DNA of 64,000 nt from Dimorphilus gyrociliatus (lineage: Eukaryota; Animalia; Annelida), in NCBI GenBank assembly GCA_904063045.1, contig CAJFCJ010000025.1:1-64000 (forward strand), in the 5' to 3' direction. The translations under genes and the position numbers were made by a program. The first letter of the stretch is position 1. Every line of letters starts with the position of its first letter. This document shows, piece after piece, positions 1-14,200 of this stretch. Below the pieces are notes generated by a model. That model was given only the letters and a program-made list of their open reading frames with translations. It ran no database searches and was not told where the DNA came from.

Positions 1-3000
1 AAAAAAGGCGTTGAGTTAACCGTGACTAGGTTGTATATAGTTGGACGAACATCCATTCTCTTTTCATTTCCCCCTCGACGATTATTATTTTTTCTCTCAT
101 TTTTTTTATTGCTTAATTTTAAGATAGTTTATTAGATATTACTTTTTTTATAATCGATTCCAATTTTATAACCTTTATGCTTAACCAATATACCTTGGAA
201 ATTGGATAAGATATAGAAACGAATGAAAAAAGGAAAAAAAAGCAATTCGATATATTTACAGCTGTGTGGAGGAAGTAAAAAAAAGAAAACGCCGTCGCGT
301 TAAATGATGATACATCACCAGTTAAAGTGTATAAAAACAGAGAAGAAAGTTTTTTTTCGATTTAAAGCGTATATGGAGAGAAATGGGGTAACGAATTAAA
401 AATATTCTATTTAATTTAATGGGGTTCTGAATTCATTTTCTTTCTACTCTTAAAGTATAATAGCGTTTACACTTGTAAGATTAGACGTCTAAATTACGAT
501 TTATTCACGTAAATAATAACGCAAAAGTCCTGAAAAGTATAATTCAATTTTACTATAAGAATAGTAGTAACTATAATAATAATTAATAATTCCTAACGTT
601 TCATCCTAAACGCCACCTTAGAGAAAGATAAACGGGTAAATTTCTACCTTTAATACCCTTTCTCCAGAGGCTTCAGTCAATAATTCTAAAAACTAAAACC
701 AAGCGAATAAATAAGATGTCCGACACGTGTTGATTGGAATACGAAAGAAAGTAACATATTTTGCCACCATAAGACTCACACGAATCTTACCTTTGTTAGT
801 TTGTTGAACAGATTTGTTGAAAAACAAACTAACAATAGAGAAAAAGCGTTTTTCCAACAAAAGCAAAAAAAAAGACGTAAAACAAAAAGCCTTGTCACTT
901 GTCAAAATGTTTCAAAGTTTTTATGATAGAGTTATTACAAATTATATCTAACGATTAAAAGTGTCAACTCGATAAATTTAAAAACAAAAAGAAGCTGAAA
1001 AAACAGAAAATACAGGGAGAATTTATAAAACTTCGTAGTCTGTTTGTACAGAAACATTGAAAGAGTGAGAAACCTCTGAAATGTGACATCTTTTTCAAAT
1101 AGAAGTGCCAAGTAAATATGTAAAAGTAGTATACCTTAGCTAAATGGTCTTCATGTTATAATATTTACCCAATCTCGTTAACAATAATACTAAAAATTAG
1201 TATAATTTACAGAACATCGTTGTACATCGTTTACTTCCAGTAGAACAAAGTTATGCTATTGTGAGAGTTAAAGGGAAACCTAACTCGCCATTCAGTTATA
1301 ATTTGGCAAGGGCAGAATGACAGAAAAACTAAATAAATAAGCAAAAGGAAGTTTATTAAAATTTATTAAATTATCATGTATCTATTTACTAGCGTAAGAT
1401 TATTATATCAAGCTAGTAATTTCTACATCTTCACTTCCCTTTTGCTTTAGAAAATTATCGACTGTGCGAAAACCACATTCCTCTCTATAAAACATATCAA
1501 AACAGCTGTACATAAAAAAAATAGGAAAGAAATAGAAACCGATGGATAAGTTCTTCTTCTACCAAGATTATTTATCAATATATAAAATTCAGAACTTTGG
1601 AGATAAAAAAAACATAAGAGTGATAACAAACCCAACAATCGTAAGAGTGTACATCATAAGGGTCCGAATTGACGTTAATTTTGCGTCCTACAGGCGATTC
1701 TTTGTACAAGTGACGCAATTTCGCCAGTTTTACTGCTAGTAGAAGAGGCGTTGAATTCGTTTCCGAACTCTCTTGTCCTATCGCTCCTTGTCTTATCAAA
1801 GCCATTTGATAATTGAAAATTGCTGCTCATTCGACCTTTCCGACGACGCACTACATACTATTTACAAATTTTTCGCCGTCTAAAATACAATTTTCGTAAC
1901 TGACAGAACGCCACCTAGCTATGAGGATAAAGATTGAGTATAAAATACTTAGGGAGGGGTCGTTATGATGTCCCATTTCTCAGGTTATTATAATTGGTTG
2001 GGCCAAATTAGATTGGAGGACCAGAGGTCACATTTTCAACGCTTACTTCATCTCCCCGTATAAGTTCTAAAGAATAATTTTTTTTTTATCCAATTTTCAT
2101 ACTGTATAATTTATCAAATAAGTCGAGTGTGGACGGTTGACCAAACTATTCTACTAGACTATAACAAATAGATAGTGAAGCTTCGATTAGCAGTTATTCT
2201 ATCCCGTTTTTCATTCTCAAAAGAGAGGAATAACTAACGTTCAACTCTTCATATCGCTCTGAGTATTGTTCTAATAAGAAATTTTCGCTCCCTTCCCCTA
2301 TAAATTAATAAGCATCTCTGAAGGTTTCCACTATAGATTGGAATATAAAACTGATAAAACCTTCACCGAAATCGAAGCTCTATACGCATGTGGTTTATTA
2401 TTTTCCCAAATATTTTTTTCCATCTGCAACACTATCTACCGTTTCTTTCAGCTCTCCATGAAGAGGCTAAGCCAGTCGCTAATTCGTAATAAAGACATAA
2501 GTCCCAAAATTGAATTAAATTTTATACAAAGTCTTCTGCACAGATACTAAATTAGATTATTGTGTTTATTCCAAAGAAATTATGCTCAGCATAATAAATC
2601 TTAAAAACGATTTGTAAATAGTTTCTAGAATAATAATATAAACTAATAGTATAATTAAAGATGATATGTTCTTAATAGCATGAAATAGACATCTTTTTCA
2701 AATTGCTAGTCAACTCTCTTACTATTGTTTTCTTAGCAAAACGTAATTTAGATCATTTTCTCACATGTCTCTTACAAATATTAATAAGCTAACAAAATAC
2801 TTATATTCAAATACTACTTGGATCGCCATCTTGCGTGAATTTTCTGAAAAACGTTTCTTCATACTTTAATGAATACTTCTAGCTAAGTTATATTTTTAAT
2901 TTTATTTTTCTTTTTGAAAGGAAACTATATTGAAGAACATCGGTAATGAAAAGAGTTAATGGAACCTAAGATATATAATCATCTTACCGCATGGAAGTCT

Positions 3001-5284
3001 TTTCAATGGAGAAACTCAAGTTAAGGATTTTTCATTTATCTTTAATATAAAAATAAAGATTAGGTCACTGGTGATTCTCATGTCCCTCTTCAAGAATAAT
3101 TATTCAAAAAACAAGATTTAAGGGCAATTGGCTGTCTTATACAGACGAAAAGCGTCTCTAGAGAGGCTGTCGGTTTAGCTATTGGATTCCTTAAATTATA
3201 ATATTTAAAGCATTAGTAAAATATTAAATTCTAATTAATTAGACAAAAGCAAATTCTTCTACCCAAATGTAATTTTTAATCAATCTACGAGGCCCTTTTA
3301 TTGCTTGAGTAAACAAGCTATTGGATAGGAATCAACATTGGTTTATCCTAATCGAAAATCATTGACAACTACTTGAAGAAAAAATCAAGATTTTTTTCAG
3401 TAGGCCCAAAACTGAATATTTTGCAGAAATAGTTCGTTGCTAGTTGCTGCTTAAAACATATCAAGAAAAATAGTCAGTCGGGGGAGTTTTAAATTAAAGA
3501 CACAACAAAAACTTGCCCTTCTTCTCCCATTACTTACGACAGATTACGAGTAGACAATGAAGTAAAATAAAGGAAGAATAGAGTTTCTTTATTTTCTTTT
3601 TTTAAAAACCGTGTAATTGATCTAAACTTTTGCATACGCTCATAAAAAAACCTAAATTTCTCTTCGACGGCCGATTCCCTCCTACTTCTATGCCAATGAC
3701 GCCTACAAAGCTTAACCCCCGCCGACCTGTCGGCTATAATTCGCAGCTGCGAAAATATATCGACCTTCTCTACTCCCTCTCGGAAAAACTGGGTAAAAGA
3801 AAAACATCCGCGGATCAATTACAGCCTTTTTCCGATCGAATAAAGAAGCAGGAAAAGAAGAGAAATAGAAAAAATGATTGAAAATCTTAATCGATTCATA
3901 AATATAAACATTTTTCTCACCTCTCTTCTTTTCAAGATTAGACTGATGAAAGAGGCTAAAGCTGCATTAGTTGACGATAAGACGACGAATTTTTTACTGG
4001 CTGCACGTTCTGCGTTAAGTCCATGCATAAGCTGGAGGCTGCGCGCTTTTCGGACAGAGTGTGAGAGCAAACGATAGAACGCGGAAAAAAGGTGGTGAAA
4101 TCAGTTTTCAGACACTATTTAAATTGATAGGAGAAATCGCCAACGGGAAAAGACGGTAGTTTTAGACCGAGTGCGGCGTTAATCCGACGCCTAGCGGTGA
4201 GGAAAAAGCCCCAGCGTTCCCTTTTTTGTTTTACTTCTGTAAATGATAAATTGACGTAGGCCAATTTAACTGGGATCGCCATAGAACGAAATCACGCATG
4301 CGTTTTGGTAATTCGTCAGGACAGGTCGTAGAGGTTGTCCTATGCGAATATTTTGAAATAACAAGAAGCAATATGACATGACCCTATTCTTGAAGTTGGA
4401 TCTGACGTTGTCCGCTCACCAAGGTATACAGAATGGATAAAGTTCATATTGGACGTTAGAAATATGATATTACTCTTACTTCGATTTTAAAGACAAAAGA
4501 TTAATTGTAGCAAGTTGTTAGTTTACTAATGTTACTAGGAGAGTTTTAAAGCTGTTCAATCAGATATAAAAAGATATCTTTTCCTTTCAAAATACCCTAC
4601 TGGGGCATATTTGGTATATTTTCTACCTAAAGGTTACCCAATTTGTAGAACTTTATACTTTCGAACACATCAGATGCCAAAAAAATATTTTCCACCTAGT
4701 CTTCAGAAATCAATGATAGTCCAGCAAGGAGAACGTCAAGAAAACGTAAACAAACTTTATTACTTTTAGTTTTTAGCATAAAAATTTTTATGATCGTTTT
4801 CATCATATTTGGTGCTAATTTTATGCTATATAACTAATTCAAATAGAATATTAAATTGATGGAAAGTTCATACGCCCTTCCCTACGCCTAATTCGTGACA
4901 AAAATCTTGTCTGTTTCGGTCTGAACTCCCTCGGTGTTTCACTATAGGAGTACATCACCCGTAATCTGCATATATTTCGTTAGAAAATGCACGCAATTCC
5001 ATATCTTACTATTCAAGCTACTATAACCATCTTTGATAATTATGTATAAAAATACCCTTAACGTTTAACATTCCATCAGTAAGTAACTCTTCTAATTCTT
5101 GGAAAGGAGTTAGAAAGGTTATAGCAACCTCACCAAGGCACGAAAGAAAACAAATTACATAGCTTCTACAGATTTAAACGATTTCAAAACCTACTCATTA
5201 GATTGTTTGTTTTCAAATAAGATTTCTCTTTAAACAGAGAGGAAGCCGAGAACATTAGATCATATTAAACTCTATAGTACAAAC

Positions 5285-8200
5285 CTGCAATAAGGCGTAC
5301 AATTTCCGATCTTGAAGAACCGAATCAACAAAATGAGCGTGTCTCTCATCGTCTTCTGTCAAGCATTGAATTTCTTCCAAACTATCCAAAATCAAGCTTA
5401 CGGCTGTGTAAAGAGAGAAGACATTGTACATGCTTTTTATATTGTAAATTACAAGTATATTACTGTTTAGGCATTTAATGTATAGTCTAGATTTATATAT
5501 GTGACGTATATAAATGTTAATTTTTAAGGTACATAGTGTATCCATTTGTAAAGTTTAATCTGAAAATATTTTCCATGAGAAGGAAATGTTCAAAGAAATA
5601 CTTTTGACATTTTGGTAACATTCTTATCATCAAAGACTTAACTCTAGGGTAAATATCAGGGGGAGCATATTATGATTTTCGGTTCTTTTGCCTGTGTTTT
5701 CTTTTTCATTTCATTCACTTAACTGATCTAAAACATCTGAGTAATTTCGTAGAGAGCAATTACATGATATTATACATTATGAGTGCAGTAGATAGTTGTG
5801 CTTGATTATTGCACATTACAAAAGCTGCAATTGAGTTAACCAAAAGGGAAATAAACACAAAGCTATATATTGTTAGTCAATTATAGATGAAAAGGCTGCT
5901 TTCTCTTTCCTTCTTCCCTCTGTCTACTCATACTTTCTTTATCACTCTACCACGGTCTTTGCTGATTTAATAATTAAATACATTCCGAATTATCAGACTG
6001 ACTGATTTTATCTTTACCGTACGAGTTTAAAAAAACAATTTGAAAGATCTTAAAAGTTTTTCAGCATCCCCCCTCATTCACGAAGAATAATTTAGCAAGA
6101 AAATTTATCTTACCTGCACTTGTGACGTCATCATCTTGGAAATCTACGAGACATTCTTCCTCCCCTTCTTTTTTCCACTTTGCACTGGAAACTGCTGCTA
6201 GAACAGCTCCTTTTAATTTTCTTCTTGTATTGAAAGCTCCCATTTCTTCAACTGTTTCCTGCAGGTGGAGTTTGGAAACCCTCGATCGATCCTGTTAACA
6301 AAATACGCCATCTAGTGGTTAGAAAGTGAAAATGACTTATTGGCGGAAAAATCTTTTAAGTCCGTTATTATCGCTGAATCAAACAAAGCTCCAAGAGTTA
6401 TGTGGATAACAAAGTAAACATTGTACGAATTGCTATAAGGCTTCAAAAACGAATAATTTTTTCTATTGCATACGAAGAAAATTGCTTTTATTGATTTTTT
6501 TTTGCAAGATAAGAGAACAATATAGATTAGGGATAGGAGGAATGACATCGAACTATCGGTATAACATTAATGATATCCGGGTCAAGTCATATGTAGCCTT
6601 TGATGACCAACAGAGTATAAATAGTCTATACAACCTTGTTTCCCTTCATTTTTTGTATATACACCTGCGCGAAGATTTTTTAAGACTAAATATCTCGGTT
6701 GAGATTTTTATTATAATAATCAAAGAAGTTGATAGGATAAATAAATAAGATTTGTTGTTGTTCTCTTCTTTTCCATATATCATAAATTTTTGGGTACTGA
6801 TTTTTCAAATAATAAGTATTGAACTAGTTTAATACCTTACAGTTATATACAATATATGAGGTATAATGTAATGCGTTTTGATGAAATGATTTGTACGCAG
6901 GTAATGGTAAATCCATGTTCTCTTTATTTCTCAATGAAAAGTTCCTTAGTTGACTAGAGAATGAAAAGCTTATATGTAATGATAAATGTATAAACTCCTA
7001 GCGAATGGCCTTTTCTTCGTTTTAGTAAAATATTTTGTGGATTTTTATCCCTTCCGAAGAAATTGTCGTGGTTAAATTAACTTATTCTTAGCAGTTCTTT
7101 TAAGTTGAGGAGAGGTTTAAGAGCTTTAGCGTTCTCAGATCACTAGTAGATATAAGTAGATAAAAAGAATAAATGAGAAAAGGAAAAAGGGCGTAGAAAG
7201 CCCGAACTAAGCTCTTTATAAACTTTTCACACTCCTATTAAATCGCTTTCCATTCTTTTTACTAATTCATATTAGAAATATCTACATTTTGTAAATTTTA
7301 AAGTCAATTTAATAGATATATTTTAATGGCTTCGAATTAATCACCCATTTGAATATAAAATATTATCTTACATTGAGAGAACATTAACAGAGAAAGTAAA
7401 CATCCAGAAAGGAATACGACGCGAAATCGATATACTGTGTAGAATTATTAAGGCTTCCAAAATGCTTTAAATAGCTCTCCAAGTCTTTACTTACAATTCT
7501 TATATTTATACGTTTTACTGTATATAACAGTGTAATACTTTACTTTTCCTTTATAGCACTATAGATATATTTATAAATATATATATGAGAATGGACGAGT
7601 TATTTCATTGTTTATCTACTCTATATATTACTTAAATATTATTTATTTATTTTCTAACAATCATTAATTTCAATATACACATGTTGTTTTAAAAAACAAG
7701 GGAAAAGGCTATTCTACGCAGACTGTTTCTTACTGTAATACACCGTTCAATTAAATTAAATGCTGTAGAAAGCAAAGCAGTCAGTAATTGCCTTTTTTAA
7801 GATAGAAATATCGTTGCGTTCATCGTATAAGTAGAGAAACATCTACAAATACTTGTTATTTATTAATGGCTGTTTCTTAATACTTTTTGAACACACGTCT
7901 TAATTTTAATACATTTTAATACACGTAGTTTATAACTTCTATTTATACTATTTATATTTTCTATTCATACATTATCGGATTGTTTATGACATTACTCTTC
8001 TTTAGTTATCGGATTATGTTGCAATATTCAAAGTTTTTCTACCTAATATAACTATTTTCATTGTCAATTAGAAGGAAAAGCTGTCTTACATACTATATTT
8101 ATCCGGATTAAAGTAACAAAAACTCTCTATATAAATTATTAATGGTTCTTTAAAAAGAGATGTCCTCTTCTACTGTACAAATTGTTTTTTTTTAACAACT

Positions 8201-11200
8201 TAGGGGCAAAATAAACTAACCAAAGCGAAAAAATAACAATCTAGTGGGCTTTCTCTTTTTTGCAACGCTTGCTCTAACATATTAATCATCACTATCCTAG
8301 ACCCGTGATGCGTTCGACCGTAGAAAGAAAGAATTCTTTTAGTTGGTAATATGTAACGAAACTTTTTTTAAGTTCTCTTAGTACTTGCACTTGTTTATTT
8401 TCTGCCTAAAGATAAATATATCTAGAAGAGTGAAATATACGAGAAAATCGGTACTTTTACCAAAGTTTAAATTTCTTAAACAGGAGACGATGATACAGTA
8501 AAATATTCTTGTAGTGCGAAGAAGCGAGAAAACCGATTTTAACCTTAGCTTAAGTAACGCCTAAAAATCCCTGGGGATGCGAAGAAATGATTCTATGCAT
8601 CGTTGGTATAGAGACAAATCAAATTCGATAGTTGTAAAATCTCTAAATGAATTAGGAGTGTAATTCAATTTCTCCAACTTTAAACTGAGTAAAACAAATA
8701 AATTTTCGATTGGGTAAAAGAAATATTGCATTATAAAAGTTATATGTAATCATTCTACTCCCGCCCGCCCGCCTTCCTCGCTATGAGTAAAGAACGAGAT
8801 ATTGTTCAAGATAAACATTTAGAATCCCCTCTAGAATTGTTCTTTAAGCATAGGAGCAATACGATTGAAGACTTTTGTATATCCACCGTGTCATTTACAG
8901 TTGAGTAAAAGATCTAACAAATGATGCGAAGAAAATTACCTTGATCCAAGGATGACGTAGGGCATCCTCGATTGTGATCCTCTGATTCTGATCAGGCTCC
9001 AGTAACCTATGTAATAAATCTTTGGCGTCCTCAGATATCAGTTGCCATTGTTTTCCCGTCAAAGAATAGTCGCCTTCAGTTATCATCTCAAACAGCCGCT
9101 CTTTCGTACCGTAAAAGGGTAACGTGCCAGATAACATTATATACATCATTACACCAACTCCCCACATATCAACCGCTTTACCATACCCTTCTCTTCTAAC
9201 TACTTCCGGTGCCATAAAGTGTGGTGTTCCGATCCGACCTAGTTGGTTGTAAGAGAAGGAGAAAAAAGAAAGAGTTAGAGAAACTTAATACAATCTTTCT
9301 GTCGATTAGTCGAGCGAGAAGTTAAATCAACCGCGTGCGTAAGGAATAAGGTTAAAGCGATTAAGGCTTGTGGATTTTATTTTATGAAAGATTTTTCATT
9401 TTTTATTCTAATATCCTTTATTGCATTTGTTACACTTTTATTCTGCAAAAGAATTCTACTTCTCTTTCCCCTTATGACAAATACCAATAAATTATTTATA
9501 TGAATTATCTGAAACCAACATACAGGTCTTTTTTTTAGGTTCTCTCACAAAAACCCAAGTAGGTGTTTTTTATGTTCTATCCTACCCTAACGGGCAAAGA
9601 AATTTCCTCCGGGCAAGAAGATAAAACCTAGCCCGTTCTATAGAAAGAGTAAGATAAAAAGTCTTCGAAACCGGAACGAAAGGCTTCGAGAAAATGCTTC
9701 TAGACCCCCATGGAATTTCTCTTTTCTCAATTTAATAGATATTTTCTAGTAGCCTTAAAAGAAATAACTATTATTTTCTTACGATTACAGATTTTAAATT
9801 ATCTCTCTTTTTTCACAACTGTTTGTAAGCAATTAGTTAAAAATCCAGAATAAAATCAAATGCAACTGTGGTTGATATATTGCTTATTGTGAAGCATACA
9901 GCCTATATATTTATATACATATATATCTATATATATATCTATATATATATATATGGTACATATGGAGCTTTTATATAAATACAGCATAAAAAAGCCAAAA
10001 AGCTATGCATATCAAAAGAAAAAAGAGTTAAGCTAGAGACCACAAATTGGATAAGGAAAAAAGAAAATCCCAATAGAAAAGCTTCGGCTCACCGAAACCA
10101 TCCGTTCTATAAAGGTTCTCGGATCCACAGATGAAGCGTTCTGAAAAAATAACTCCTGGTTTTTTTTTTCTTACAACACATAATATCTATTTGAATCTAG
10201 AGAGACGTTTGTCTATCATCGCATTGCGTTTATAGGACTCGTTTAAAAAAAAAGAGTGAGAGAAAATAGGAATTATGTGCTGTGGGTTGAAGTGGGATGA
10301 GGAAATGAAATAAAAAAAAGTCTATTTACCTCCTCCAAGAATGGACGAGTTATTAAGTAAATGTACGGCAACACCAAAGCCTCCCAATTTTATCGGGGCG
10401 CTATTCTCCTTATTCGCTAATAGGACGCAGTGGGGTTTAATATCGCGATGAATAACGCCGTTAGCTGTAAAAGACAAAAAGAAAAGAAATGTAATATATG
10501 CTAAATAAAGGAAGAGATATATAAATAATATGTGTCAAAGCTAACACGAAAACCTTTTCTCTTGTTAAGCTATTAAGAGGTATGATTATTGACAATTTGG
10601 TATTTTTTTAAGTTCACATAGGGTAGCGAAAAAGACAGTTAGAAAAATAAATTGAATAAAAATACAAATAATAATAAATTCATAGCTGCAGGTAGGTAAA
10701 TTATATTATAAAATGTGAATTGATGGTTTCACCCTTCCTCTACATGGCTAAAGTGTATGTTTATTTTACTTCTATGAGTTATTTTATTGCAGTAGAGTTT
10801 GCAGATATCCGCTAAAATTTCACCCCGTCTTTGCCTAGTTTAAATAATATTTAGGTTACACAGTGCGCACTATTTATACACTAACCGTCGAGGCAATTAC
10901 CTTAATTCTCTAAAACATCACTTAGAATGAATTAAGCCAATAACATTAATAAGGCAGGAAGGAAGAAATAACTGTTGACAGTTATAAATATCTCAGTTGT
11001 TAGTTGGGCCATTAGTATAGGCGAAACTCTAAAAATCTGTCGTCCTACATCAAACGCAATTGTCAAACGTCTTACAGATAGCGCTATCGAAGTACAATCC
11101 CCTTTTATACAATTTCCATTTAGAATAAGAGCAATTTGACGGTGAAAGACTATGAATATCTCTATTTTTCTTTTGTAAATAGATATATAACGACCATTTT

Positions 11201-14200
11201 CATTCTTCTGATAATCTAAATTGGAAAAAAAAGATCCTAAAGACGAGGGATATCAGAATAAAATCCTCCATAGAATTCGCCTTCTTCGCCCTAATATACT
11301 TAAGTAAAATATGAATCCAAACGTTTCAATGATTCTTATCATTAATTCGTAATTAAAAAAAACAAATATCCAGATTTTACTCGAATGCAGAATTTTATAT
11401 ACATAGTATATATATATATATATACACATAAAAAAGAGAAAATGTAAATATTTTCTATTACGTCTACCAGTAAATATTTACCGGCAAAAATTGCATCCGT
11501 TTTTGATATATCGACGTGAAAAGAGAGGCGAAAATTGAATAAGCCTTCCGGGATTAAGCTCGTTACTAGACTACAAACTCTTGCAGTAACCGCTTAGTAG
11601 ATGTTAAAAGGACGTCAGTATGGGAAATTTTTCTAAATAGGAACGATTTAAACGAAAAAAATATGAGAGTGACGGGGAATTTTGGAAAAAGAAAAAATTG
11701 AGTTGATTGAGAGGAGGGAGGGAGGAGAGAGAGCAAACGACTAACCTATATAACTATCTGTTCTAATATTCTGAATTCTAACACTTCAGAGAGTTTCATT
11801 AGACATTCGATTAAATGGACCAGCGGTGTAATAAATTGGCATTAAATTCTTAAACAGTTCATTGACCTTTTAAAAAATCTATGAAGAATTATCAATCTCC
11901 TCTCTTTTTTAATACTATGTAATTTGTAGCAATAGAAAAAAACTGTATTTGAGCAAGAAAATGGAAATGGTGAGAGAGTGAGAAATAAAAGAAAAAGGAG
12001 TGGGAGAGTGAGAGAGGAAAAAAATAAAGAATATAAAACATTCATCTTGCTTAATTTACACCTAAAATCCACGTACTACCTAGACTATTTGGTTGATTAA
12101 ATTGGCACTGAAAAGGATTCTCGCTACTGATTTTGTCAGTTTATAATTAGCTCCTCCTCGGAGTAAGCGTCGTTAAGATAAGCAGACGATTTATTGACAT
12201 CTTTCTCTCACTTGGTTTTATATCAAACTTAATTTATTTCATTATCCAATGTAACAATCTAATTGGTTTCAGTGTTTCGTAGTCATTAGTGGTGCGGAGC
12301 GGGGAGTATATACTCTCCATTCTGATTATTTTCTCAACTAAATCGTCTCCGGCTCAATCAATATCGTAATGAGTGTTGGTCATTTCTCTCTAATCTCTTC
12401 AGGTATATACAATAAAAATTACAAATTATAGTCACGCGTAAATTAAGAATCTGACGTTGACGTTCTAATTAGCAAGCTTTTCGCCTGGATGTACTCTGTA
12501 TTAATTCATCAGAGAATCCCAGTTGCCTGCAAAATACGATTACAGCTAAAAAATTTTCTTTTTCCTTTTTTCCTTTATCTTTTTTTATGTTGTAAAATAA
12601 TCACATCCCTTGTGAAAATGAGTAGGAGAACAGATAATGAATACATTTTCATCTCAATAGCATTTCTTAAATCAGTTGTTTCCTAAAATCTTACATAGGT
12701 AAAGGAATTGAGATAAAAACAAATGTGAAACATGCAAAGGTAGCAAAAATTTGTACCAGTAAAAGGCTGAAACATTTTAGCCATAAGAGCGCTTTATTTT
12801 GGGAATGAAAATAGTTTTTTTATGAACTACCAATAAACTCTTCCCTTTATAAAAAAAAAATAGTCTGAAAGAGTGTTGGATTATCCGAAATTGGAGCGGA
12901 GATTGAACGAGGCTTTCAATCAAGTTACACAACTTACAATACTTTATCGACAACATAAAAAGCGTTTGTCATACAGCGAATAAACGCTTATGGAAAAACC
13001 CTATTTAAAAAATAACCAATTGTTTGCCATATTAAACTAGCTCTAGCATTAATTGTATTATACGTTCTTCTGACTATTGCAATATCGCCTTTTGTCTAAG
13101 AAAAGACCAATTTCACAGGTGGAAGCTATTTAGTAGCCATCTTTTTCCCATACGTCCCGTTAAGCTTTCTTCAATTTTAGGCCTAAGTGCTTGTCTTATT
13201 TTCCTTTACGCTCCACAGATATGCAATTGATTTCAATTCCCCTGGAAAAGTCGTCACTTATCGAATTCTCTCCACATAGTTAATATGAAGTAGCTACTCG
13301 ATTGAAGAGCGACAGGCGGTGGGTGAAAGGCCCAGTTTATAAATTATACATTTTTTATGTTCTTTAATACAAACTAAAATTTTGAATAACCGAAGCTCGT
13401 TTATTAACTATAATCATTTGCATATTCTACTCAGGGTATACTGTCTAAAGAATTTCGATGAATATCTGCCGTAATCTAGAATTTCAGTCTGTCCTTCATA
13501 CAAAGTTATAAAGTAAAAACATGCCATCATTCCTTAAATATTGCATATTTTTAGTACATTATATTAAATTTGTCTCAAAATAAGTAAAATCCGAATGGCT
13601 TATATTAGTACGGGAAACTAATAACTATAAGGTAATTTTTAAAAAAAAATCGTTATTAAACGGATATAAATTGAATTTTTAAATAAATTTCATTTTTATC
13701 TCTTTATTCTTTATATGCTGCTTAAATATCTGTACTTTTATTTACTAAAGCTGAATAATTTTTATTTGCATTTTTTTAGAATCTGACCTTTAGCACTAAC
13801 CCAATAGTATTTATTTGCTATATCTTCATTAATGAGATGTTTAAGAGAATAGACAAGATAATAAACTTACTATGGCAATATCTCACGGCTTCCAATATTT
13901 GTTTCAGGTAATGGCTGGCCACACTTTCGCTATAAACATAGCCAGCACCGGCTCGTTTGACAATTTCAAAGCATAAATCAGCTCCATCAACATACTCGAA
14001 AACCATATAGAGTAAGCCATCAGAACTGTACGTTTCAAATAACTCAACAATATGTGGATGCTTAAGCATATGACATATTGACGCCTCCCTTTTCAAATCT
14101 TCTGTCGACAAGCCGGGTGATGCTGTGAATTTCGCGACGTCAACAATTTTGACAGCAAATTGTTGTTGATTTTGCTTATGTACACAACGGCGGACGACGG

